Source of the DNA: Candidatus Hydrogenedentota bacterium
GTDB taxonomy: Bacteria > Hydrogenedentota > Hydrogenedentia > Hydrogenedentales > SLHB01
Assembly: GCA_963674865.2 (NCBI GenBank)
Contig: CAXXYE010000003.1
Coordinates: 128,001-192,000, forward strand
Length of the DNA: 64,000 nucleotides
Reading direction: 5' to 3'
A program made the translations under genes and the position numbers. Each line of letters begins with the position of its first letter. Positions within the stretch are counted from its first letter, which is position 1. Shown here one piece after another: positions 42,070-49,939 of the stretch. The notes under the pieces are model-generated. The model searched no databases, was not told the origin of the DNA, and worked only from the letters and a program-made list of their open reading frames with translations.

Positions 42070-42372
42070 TCAGAAATCCGCCGCATTATACATGTCCTTG
42101 GGGGTGGCGTCCACCTTCCGCGGCCCGCCATGATAGCGTGCGTTCGACCCGGGCCGCAGACAACTGCGGGTGAGAAATCCAGGCTAGGGGACACCATCCC
42201 TAGGCGACTTGCGCGCTTACTGCGACGAGTAAAGGGCCGCAATCGGCAAAGACAGATGGCGTCGCATGTGTCGGGGAGGGCTATGAAGGACCGACGCGGA
42301 AAAGAAAGCAGCACGGAAGAGCAGCTCACTCATCCCTAAGCAGCAAGGGCTCGAAGCGGCAGGACGGACGCC

Positions 42373-43482
42373 TCAGGGGGCGGCGATCTTCGCCTGGACC
42401 CTTTCGGCTCGTTCATTCTCATCTGCGCGGAGAAAAGTGGCTCGGGCCCGTTCGTAGCGCGTGCCGCTCAGTTTTCGCAGAGAGAGTTCCCTCTCCCTGT
42501 CTCCCTGGTTCTCGTATTCCTGCGCAGCACTGGAGAAGAACGCCCGAGCCCGTTCGGGCTCCGCCTGATGAAGCAATGCTCCAAGCCGTTCCGAGACAAA
42601 GGCCCGATAAGGCCTGTAAGGTGTGTTCTCAAGAGCCTTTAGCATGTCATGAAGTCGTTCGACCTGCCGGGCTGCGGGGGAGACTGCGCCGGCCCGCTGT
42701 TCTTCTCGACGCTTCCAGGTGGTCGCCAGATCAAGAAAAGAGCTGCGGACATCCTTCGTATCCTGATGGAGTTCCTCGAGATACGTGATTATCGGACCGA
42801 CGACGCTCGTCAGCGCCCGTGAAGGACGCGGCGTGGGGGTGTCCGCCGACCCTTTCGTTTGCGTTCGACGCGCTTGTTCCGCCGTTGCCCTTTCGAGGTT
42901 CTGGCTTACCAGTTCGAAGTCGCTCTCAAGCATCTGAGAGGCCAAGTCCAGATACATGGCGCCCTTATCCGTTTCCTCGACGGCATTGGCAAACAATTCG
43001 TCCACGACGAAGAGTGGGACCTCGACCGCGCGCATGATGTTGCGCCCACTGAGCAGACACGAGATCATCTCGTGGCAGTAGCCGCTGAAGACGTTAGGCC
43101 CGACCGACTGGGACTTTGTCTTGATGGCTTCAAGCTCGGCCCGTATGTGCCGAAGGAGGAAATCGGCGGCAAGCACGTAGCCCCGTGCCTTATGGTATTC
43201 CTTCCCGTCCGCATTCGAGCGGGGCATTGTGTCGAGCTGGTTTTTCAGCTCAAACGCGGTGAGATAGAATCCCTTCTCCTGGGCGATGCGCTTGATGCGG
43301 TTGAGGTATTCCTGCGCCTCAGATTCATCCAGTGAGGGAAAGGCAAGGAAGTGCACGAGGTGACGCTTCAGGATAGTGGCCAAGCTCGGCCCAGGCTCCC
43401 GCCATTGGACAGGGCCGGCTTTCGGCGCTTTCCGGAAGGGAGGCGGCGTGATGAAGGTCGTAAGCTTCTTTAGCACATCCAT
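42373..43482 (-). CDS. Hypothetical alpha-helical protein
   Basis: 369-aa open frame, no recognised motif; start MDVLKK assumed. Confidence 0.7.
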   Translation of the reverse strand: MDVLKKLTTFITPPPFRKAPKAGPVQWREPGPSLATILKRHLVHFLAFPSLDESEAQEYLNRIKRIAQEKGFYLTAFELKNQLDTMPRSNADGKEYHKARGYVLAADFLLRHIRAELEAIKTKSQSVGPNVFSGYCHEMISCLLSGRNIMRAVEVPLFVVDELFANAVEETDKGAMYLDLASQMLESDFELVSQNLERATAEQARRTQTKGSADTPTPRPSRALTSVVGPIITYLEELHQDTKDVRSSFLDLATTWKRREEQRAGAVSPAARQVERLHDMLKALENTPYRPYRAFVSERLGALLHQAEPERARAFFSSAAQEYENQGDRERELSLRKLSGTRYERARATFLRADENERAERVQAKIAAP

Positions 43483-43830
43483 TCTCGGGCAATCCTCAGC
43501 GCGAACATCATAACACACTTCCCCTCAAACGGGAGGATTCTTTTGGGACTCATCTTGCCGGGCGGAGGCCATACATCTCCGAAGCCGAAGCAGGTCATCT
43601 CCCCCGTTGGGGCCGCGTACCCTCGTCAGTATCCGGTGCGCGTTCCGCGCTCTGTCCACGGCTCATTGGGCCATCTGTCTCGGCTACACGAATACGCCCG
43701 CACTGGCGCCATCCAACTGCGGGAGTGCCCGCTGCCAGGCGCGTTTTCTGGAGATGGCGCGTGAGGGAGCATTGAGTGGACTTGGACACGTGTGGAGTTC
43801 CGGCCAGGCGCGAGGCCTTTCCAGAATCCA

Positions 43831-45540
43831 TTACCGGCCCATGGCCAGGAGGGCATCCAACATGTTATTAACGACGGTGATGACGCGCGCAGACGCCTCG
43901 TAGGCCCGCTGGAACTGGATCATGAAGGTGACCTCTTCGTCGAGTGACACGCCGGAGACTTCCTCGCGGCGCTGATCGAGGTCATTTACAAATGCCACCT
44001 CCACATCCAGGATCTGCTCGTTGGCCTGGGCATCAATGCCAATCTGCACAATGGTGCTCTCATAGTAGTCATTGATCGTCGAAGACTCGGAATCCAGCAG
44101 CATGGCGTTCTGGAGTTCCGCCATAGCAAGCGCGGCCGTATTGTCGCCTGTTTCCAGCACGTCGGTGCTGTAACCGGAACTAAGGAGGCGCGGATTGTCG
44201 GCGATAACCTCACTAACGGCGATAGTACTCGCATCGTAACCTGTGAATAGTCCATTGATGCCCAGGGCTGTGAGGGCGCCGGACGTGTCATTCGAGAACG
44301 TGAAGCCCGATGCGGCGCTGCTAATGTCCAGCGTGTCTCCGCCGGATACCGACGCCGTGATGCTGGCGCCCGCGAGGGTGGATGCCGTATTGATGGCTGT
44401 AGCCAGAGCGGTGAGACTCGCCGTGGGGTCGACCGTCACCGTGATGGTGGTCGGATTGCCCGAGGCGTCGTATTCAATGATGTCAAACGTACCCGACGAC
44501 ACGTCAAAAGGAAGGCCCGCGGCGTTCAAAGCCGTGACGGCGTCAATCGTTGCATTGGTGCTGGACACCGTGCCGGAAAGGTTGTCCAAGCCATTGGACG
44601 TGCAGTGGATAGCGTTTATTGCGCTGATGACCGCGGCAGCAAGAGTATCGATGCGGTCGTCATACGCCGGTATCTCAACATCGCGCATCTGCAACGCACC
44701 GTACAGTTCGCCGTCGGTAACCTCGACAAGCTCCCCGCTCTCGACGAACCGCACCTCGACCAGGTCATCGCGTTCCGAGTCAAGGGCCGGATTCCGCACG
44801 GCCTCCAGTTCCCGCCAGCCGGTCGCGTCCACAAGCACATCGCTGCCCACAAGTATGTTGACCTGTCCGTCGGACTGCTCGCGGACGGTGATGTTGACGA
44901 GTTGCGCGAGTTCGTCTATCAAGACGCCGCGGTCGTCTCGAAGATCATTAGCTGTCTGGCCGCTGAGTTCGCCATCGCGAATAGCGATATTGAGCGTCGC
45001 GATCCTCTCGCTGAGCGAGTTTATTTCCTCCACCGTGTCCTTCACTTCCTCATTGGCCTCACTTCGGAGCATGTAGAACTGTTGAGCCACATCGTTGAGG
45101 CTGTTCGCGAAGGTTTCGGCTTCCGCCAGTACCGCCTGGCGTGTGGGCAGGTCTTCTACGTTGGTTGCGAACTCGTCCAGCGTGTCGAAGAAGTCATTGA
45201 GACGCGATACGAAACCCGTGTCCGCGGGTTCCAGGAAGATGTCCTCAAGACGGGCGTAGTACTTTGCCTGGACCGTGGCATTGCCTAGGGCCGGAACCTG
45301 AAGCCGGTACGCGTAGTCCAGGAACTCGTCGCGGATCCGGGTTACGGACGCGACGCTGACGCCCCGGCCCAAGGCGCCGTAGGTAGTGTAATTGGGCAGA
45401 CGGGATACCAGTTCGACGCGCTGTCGTGAGTACCCGTCCTTGTTAACGTTGGCTATGTTGTGTCCAGCGGTGTCAATCTGGACCTGGGCGGCGAGCAGCC
45501 CGGACCGCGCGATATCGAGTGTGCTGAAGAGTGTGCCCAA
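43831..45540 (-). CDS. flgK: Flagellar hook-associated protein 1
   Basis: GHNIANVNKDGYSRQRV, NDLRDDR, SGVSLDEE, FQRAYEASARVI; TTG start after GAGGGAACAGGA. Confidence 0.95.
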   Translation of the reverse strand: MGTLFSTLDIARSGLLAAQVQIDTAGHNIANVNKDGYSRQRVELVSRLPNYTTYGALGRGVSVASVTRIRDEFLDYAYRLQVPALGNATVQAKYYARLEDIFLEPADTGFVSRLNDFFDTLDEFATNVEDLPTRQAVLAEAETFANSLNDVAQQFYMLRSEANEEVKDTVEEINSLSERIATLNIAIRDGELSGQTANDLRDDRGVLIDELAQLVNITVREQSDGQVNILVGSDVLVDATGWRELEAVRNPALDSERDDLVEVRFVESGELVEVTDGELYGALQMRDVEIPAYDDRIDTLAAAVISAINAIHCTSNGLDNLSGTVSSTNATIDAVTALNAAGLPFDVSSGTFDIIEYDASGNPTTITVTVDPTASLTALATAINTASTLAGASITASVSGGDTLDISSAASGFTFSNDTSGALTALGINGLFTGYDASTIAVSEVIADNPRLLSSGYSTDVLETGDNTAALAMAELQNAMLLDSESSTINDYYESTIVQIGIDAQANEQILDVEVAFVNDLDQRREEVSGVSLDEEVTFMIQFQRAYEASARVITVVNNMLDALLAMGR

Positions 45541-45628
45541 TCCTGTTCCCTCACTTGGCCGGTTTTGTGCTCTGACCCCTTGTTTGGCCAACGCCTTGCC
45601 ATGTTCCGAGTTTCTCCCGGAGCTAGTT

Positions 45629-45646
45629 ACGCAAGTGTCGTTCCAA
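45629..45646 (-). promoter_or_regulatory. Sigma54 (RpoN) -24/-12 promoter of flgK
   Basis: Minus strand TTGGAACGACACTTGCGT versus consensus TTGGCACG-N4-TTGC, with exact GG-N10-GC spacing. Confidence 0.75.
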
Positions 45647-45931
45647 GTATCGGCGAGGCGCGTAAGAAGCTTTAGCTGTTAAGTTTACATAGGTGAGCCC
45701 TGTTTTCGCGGCCGCTATGAACGGCAAACGGTTCCTTCAGCCGGAAAATCTTGCACGCCGCGCATTTACAGTGTCAACGAGAGACAAGGGCTTGGAAGAA
45801 GCGCCGGGACGGCGCAAATGCAGGGGGAGGCGCCGGTATTGGCGGGGGCTCGAATGGGGGCCTCACGAATGGTCGCTGAGAGTCTGCCCAACGAGGATGA
45901 TTGGCTGGAGAAGGCTGGTTCACTTCCCCAG

Positions 45932-45973
45932 AAAAAACTGGGCTGAAGGCCGTTTGCTACAGCCTTCAGCCCG
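45932..45973 (-). terminator. Intrinsic terminator on minus strand
   Basis: GGGCTGAAGGCTGT-AGCAA-ACGGCCTTCAGCCC stem followed by AGTTTTTT. Confidence 0.85.
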
Positions 45974-46093
45974 CTATCTTGATCTCGCCTGCAACGGCCT
46001 TTGGGGGCCCCTGCCGCGAGTTATTTTAGAGGCCCAGGGTTTCGCAACTCAAGGGCCTCCGCGGAAGGAGAAACGCCACATGTGGCGTTGACC
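45932..46093 (-). ncRNA. Candidate small non-coding RNA, about 160 nt
   Basis: Bounded by a sigma70 promoter and a terminator; structured; no credible ORF; no known RNA family recognised. Confidence 0.6.
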
Positions 46094-46099
46094 AGCAGA

Positions 46100-46128
46100 A
46101 TTTTATCATACAAGCGGCCAAATCGCAA
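46100..46128 (-). promoter_or_regulatory. Sigma70 promoter driving the candidate sRNA
   Basis: Minus strand TTGCGA-N17-TAAAAT with extended -10 TG and AT-rich upstream segment. Confidence 0.7.
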
Positions 46129-46437
46129 GCTTTGGTTTAACAACTATTTACATATTTGCGAGATATCGCAATCCTGCCATTTTTGGCCCAACGCGCCGAG
46201 GCACTTCCACTTGTCTGTTTCCGTGCATTCGCCATGTAGTTCTTAATGCCTGTGGGCCGATGCAGGTTCCCTCAGGTAACGCGGCCTCGGCTCTTGCGCC
46301 TTCGTGGATTTCTTCGGTAGAGTGCGATTGAAAGCTGTTTGGAGCAATCTGGTTGCCGCTGAGGCACACGCTCCCGCATTCTTGTGTAAACCGAGTCCCA
46401 GACCTGCTTCCTCGTCTTGTTGGGAAGGTGACAAACC

Positions 46438-47610
46438 GTGGCCCGTACGTTGCTCATTATAGGGTGCCCAGGCGCGGGGAACGCCGTGAAAAGCAGAGCA
46501 GGGGAGTTGGACATCGACGCCGTGGTTGTCGAGGGAGTCCCTGACCTCGGTGAGGTCGTCCGGATAGGCCGGGAAACGGGAGCCGGGGGTGTCTGCGCCG
46601 CCTGTGAGGCGAGTTGCGAGGCAGCCGCTCAGGGGGCTGAGGAGTTGGGATTGCCGGGGCCCGGGCCCGAAGCGGCCCGATGCATTCGCCACAAGGGGGA
46701 ATTACGCTCTGTCCTTGCCGCGGCGGGCCTCGCGGGGCCGCGATTCAGTCTTCCCCGAAGTCCACAGGAGGCGGAGGCGCAAGGACGAAGGCTTGGCCTG
46801 CCCGTCATTGTGAAGCCGGTAGACGCCTCGGGCAGCCAGGGAGTGATGCGCGTCGACCACCTGGAAGACATGCCCTTGGCGTATGCCAGGGCCTCGCGCT
46901 GTTCCCCCTCGGGCACAGTGTTGCTGGAGGAGTGGCTGCCGGGGGAGGCGTACCACGTGCACGGCGTAGTCGAATCGGGCCGGTTCACTCCCTGTGCGAT
47001 AAGCGCGCACGAATTATCCACACCGCCGTATTGCTGCGATTGGGGCGTTTCCCTACCGACTCGTTTCAACCGCCGGGAGCGCGAGTTGCTGTTCGGCGCG
47101 GCAGAAGCCGTCGTTGACGCCATAGGTCTTCGCCTGGGTGTTGTCCATATCGAGCTTGTGATGGGCGAGAACGGGCCGGGGGTGATAGAGCTTGGCCTCT
47201 GCCCGTCGGCCGGCCACGCGGCCACGCAGCTCATGTCGTTGGCGGGAGGCCCTGACCTTCTCTCCGAGGCTATACGCCTCGCAGTGGGCGAGTTGCCAGG
47301 CGGCCTGACGGCGCCCGAGGGCGGGGCGGCCCAATATTGGCTGAGGTCACACTCAGGCATCGTGACGGACGTGACGGGCGTGGAAGAAGCCCGGGCCATT
47401 CCCGGCGTCGTGGCGGTGGAGATTGGTGTGAAGCCCGGCGATGTCCTCAGGCACGCCGTGGATGCGGCGACGCGTAACCGTGTAGGCTATGTCATCGCCG
47501 CCGCGGGCAACGCTGTGGACGCCGCGGCGGTGGCAAAGGCGGCGCGGGAGTGCTGCCGTATCGAAACCGCGTCGAGTTCGGATGATGCGGCGCGTTCGAG
47601 TTCTGGGTGA
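46438..47610 (+). CDS. ATP-grasp domain protein (L-amino acid ligase-like)
   Basis: PVIVKPVDASGSQGV, LLEEWLPG, VHIEL, RVGYVIA. Confidence 0.85.
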   Translation: MARTLLIIGCPGAGNAVKSRAGELDIDAVVVEGVPDLGEVVRIGRETGAGGVCAACEASCEAAAQGAEELGLPGPGPEAARCIRHKGELRSVLAAAGLAGPRFSLPRSPQEAEAQGRRLGLPVIVKPVDASGSQGVMRVDHLEDMPLAYARASRCSPSGTVLLEEWLPGEAYHVHGVVESGRFTPCAISAHELSTPPYCCDWGVSLPTRFNRRERELLFGAAEAVVDAIGLRLGVVHIELVMGENGPGVIELGLCPSAGHAATQLMSLAGGPDLLSEAIRLAVGELPGGLTAPEGGAAQYWLRSHSGIVTDVTGVEEARAIPGVVAVEIGVKPGDVLRHAVDAATRNRVGYVIAAAGNAVDAAAVAKAARECCRIETASSSDDAARSSSG

Positions 47611-48227
47611 TGAGTGAATCCCTGTGGAGGAGCAGCGTGCGGGCGAGGGCCATCTATATAGGATTTGTGCTGGCGCTTCTCGGTTGTGCGCACCTGGAGG
47701 ACAATTTCCGGGTGGTTGAACGCGGCCGTTTCTACCGCTCCGGCCAGATGAGCGGCCGCGAGTTGGCCGCGGCGATCAGGAAGCACGGGATTCAAACCGT
47801 TCTTAACCTCCGGCACGTGTGTCCTGAAGAGGAGTGGTATCGACGCGAAATCGCGACGTGTGCCGCGAGTGGCGTAACCCATGTTGATCTGGAGTGGAGC
47901 AAGAACCACCTGCCGGAACCTGAATCGCTGGCGCGGTTCGTCGCGCTGTGCGCCGAGGCGGAGACGCCCATGCTGGTGCACTGCCAGGGAGGGACCCACC
48001 GCACGGGGATTGCTTCGGCGTGTTATGTGATTTGCCGTGGCGGGTCGGTGGAGGAGGCCCGCGGCCAGTTGGGGCCGTTTTTCGGCCATGCTCCGATTGG
48101 AGGCCTTCTCGATTTGTATGAGGGAAGCGCCATGCCCTTCTCCCAGTGGGTGGAAGAGGTTTATCCGGGCCTGTATGCAACACTGGAGGAACGCGAGGAC
48201 GCCCCGAGCGCCGAAGCTGCACCATGA
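47607..48227 (+). CDS. Cys-based (dual-specificity/tyrosine) phosphatase family, probable lipoprotein
   Basis: LALLGC lipobox, FYRSGQ, TVLNLR, HCQGGTHRTG (CX5R). Confidence 0.85.
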   Translation: MMSESLWRSSVRARAIYIGFVLALLGCAHLEDNFRVVERGRFYRSGQMSGRELAAAIRKHGIQTVLNLRHVCPEEEWYRREIATCAASGVTHVDLEWSKNHLPEPESLARFVALCAEAETPMLVHCQGGTHRTGIASACYVICRGGSVEEARGQLGPFFGHAPIGGLLDLYEGSAMPFSQWVEEVYPGLYATLEEREDAPSAEAAP

Positions 48228-49387
48228 AGTCGGCAGGGATATCTGTTGAGCCTATGGATGAGCAATCCTTTCGATTTGAGGTCGAGGCACGCGACCCGCA
48301 TTGCGGGGCGCGCACGGGCAGGCTGCATACTCGCCACGGCACCGTGGAGACGCCCGTGTTCATGCCTGTAGGCACGAAAGGCTCAGTGAAGGCCTTGAGT
48401 CAAGAGGATCTCAGGCTCATTGGCGCACGACTTATCCTCGGCAATGCCTACCACCTCTACCTGCGCCCGGGCACCGAGATCCTGAGTCGCGCGGGAGGGC
48501 TGCACGGTTTCATGGGATGGGACGGCGCCATCTTGACGGATTCCGGCGGCTTTCAGGTCTTCAGCCTGGCCCAATTGAGCAAAGTCTCCCCTGAAGGAGT
48601 CGAGTTTCAGAGCCATATCGACGGAAGCCGCCACTTTCTCACCCCTGAGGGCGTGATCGATATACAGTCCGCCATCGGGGCGGACATCATCATGTGCTTT
48701 GACGAGTGCACGGCCTATCCGGCGACGCGAAAGGAGGCGGCCGACTCCATGGAGATGACGGTTGCCTGGGCTCGGCGCTGCAAGGCCCGGTGGGCCGAGG
48801 GCGAGCGCGAGCGCCCGTCCCAGGCGCTCTTCGGCATCGTTCAGGGCAGCACCTATGAGGACCTGCGCGTCCAATGCGCCGCGGAACTGGTGGATATCGG
48901 ATTCCCAGGCTACGCTATCGGCGGCGTGAGCGTCGGCGAGAGCAAGGAGGAGATGTACGATGTTGTCGGGTGGACGGCGCCCCGCCTGCCCGATGAGGCG
49001 CCCCGCTACCTGATGGGGGTCGGGCCGCCGGAGGACATGCTCGAAGCCGTGGAACAGGGCGTTGACATGTTCGACTGTGTGATGCCGACGCGTAATGCGC
49101 GCAACGGGTGCCTTTTCACTTCGGAAGGCAAACTCAACATCAAGAACCGGCGTTTTTGCGATGATTTCGAGCCTCTGGATGCACGGTGCAGCTGTCCCGT
49201 TTGTACGACCTACACCCGCGCATACCTGGCCCATTTGTATCGTTCGGGCGAGATTTTGGCCTTGCGGCTGAACACTTTACACAACCTTTTCCATATGCTA
49301 GAATTGGCGGCCAATGCCCGGAAGGCGATCCGGGCCGGCCGGTTCCTGGAGTTCAAACGAGCCTTTCTTGAGACGTATTCCGCTTGA
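48224..49387 (+). CDS. tgt: Queuine tRNA-ribosyltransferase
   Basis: TPVFMPVGT, TDSGGFQVFSL, GIVQG, DMFDCVMPTRNARNG, CSCPVC. Start 48224 or 48254. Confidence 0.97.
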   Translation: MKSAGISVEPMDEQSFRFEVEARDPHCGARTGRLHTRHGTVETPVFMPVGTKGSVKALSQEDLRLIGARLILGNAYHLYLRPGTEILSRAGGLHGFMGWDGAILTDSGGFQVFSLAQLSKVSPEGVEFQSHIDGSRHFLTPEGVIDIQSAIGADIIMCFDECTAYPATRKEAADSMEMTVAWARRCKARWAEGERERPSQALFGIVQGSTYEDLRVQCAAELVDIGFPGYAIGGVSVGESKEEMYDVVGWTAPRLPDEAPRYLMGVGPPEDMLEAVEQGVDMFDCVMPTRNARNGCLFTSEGKLNIKNRRFCDDFEPLDARCSCPVCTTYTRAYLAHLYRSGEILALRLNTLHNLFHMLELAANARKAIRAGRFLEFKRAFLETYSA

Positions 49388-49465
49388 GACGGCCGTCATT
49401 TGTCTATCCACGCGATGCGGTATGCGTTCGCCTCGGGCCGTGGGCTGTGTTGATACGCCCCGAGG

Positions 49466-49855
49466 TTGTGGCGCGCCGCAAGGAGGTTGATGCCTGTGTG
49501 GAACCTTGTTAACGCCGCGGCAGCGACGGTGGCTGACGCGCCCTCGGAGGATGCAACGCAGGGGTCGGGGCGCAGTCCGTTCGGCGGCATGCTGCCCATG
49601 TTGCTCATTTTCTTTGCCATCATGTATTTTCTCATGATCCGGCCCAACCAGAAGCGCGAGAAAGAGCGCCGGGAGATGTTGTCGGCCCTCGCCAAAGGGG
49701 ATAGGGTTGTCACGAGCGGGGGGATCTGCGGCACTGTCGTCGGGCTGAACGAAAAGACGGTAGTGTTACGCGTGAATGAGGACGGACACAAGATGGAGTT
49801 TGTTCGGGGCGCCGTCTCGAAGGTCATGGCCCGAGGCTCGGAGAACGAAGGCTAA
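49466..49855 (+). CDS. yajC: Preprotein translocase subunit YajC
   Basis: MYFLMIRPNQK, GDRVVTSGGICG; between tgt and secDF; start uncertain. Confidence 0.93.
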   Translation: MWRAARRLMPVWNLVNAAAATVADAPSEDATQGSGRSPFGGMLPMLLIFFAIMYFLMIRPNQKREKERREMLSALAKGDRVVTSGGICGTVVGLNEKTVVLRVNEDGHKMEFVRGAVSKVMARGSENEG

Positions 49856-49939
49856 GGCGAGGCCCAGCCTCCGATAGAGAGGCGTGGCGGCGGCAACCGC
49901 GGCACATTCGGATTCATCCCACCGCGATTGGAGTTACCA

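Noticed and set aside
40708..42339. 543-aa plus-strand ORF and other long antisense ORFs (e.g. 23153-24679, 33129-34235, 57962-59080)
   Set aside because: Shadow frames opposite well-supported genes in high-GC DNA, with no motifs.
43543..43903. Short ORFs between flgK and the hypothetical gene, as a possible flgL remnant
   Set aside because: No similarity to flagellin or FlgL termini, and no convincing RBS.
45932..46093. 6S RNA, SRP RNA or c-di-GMP riboswitch identity for the candidate sRNA
   Set aside because: No end-to-end long duplex, no SRP CAGG...GGAA...AGCA loop motif, no GEMM core recognised by eye.
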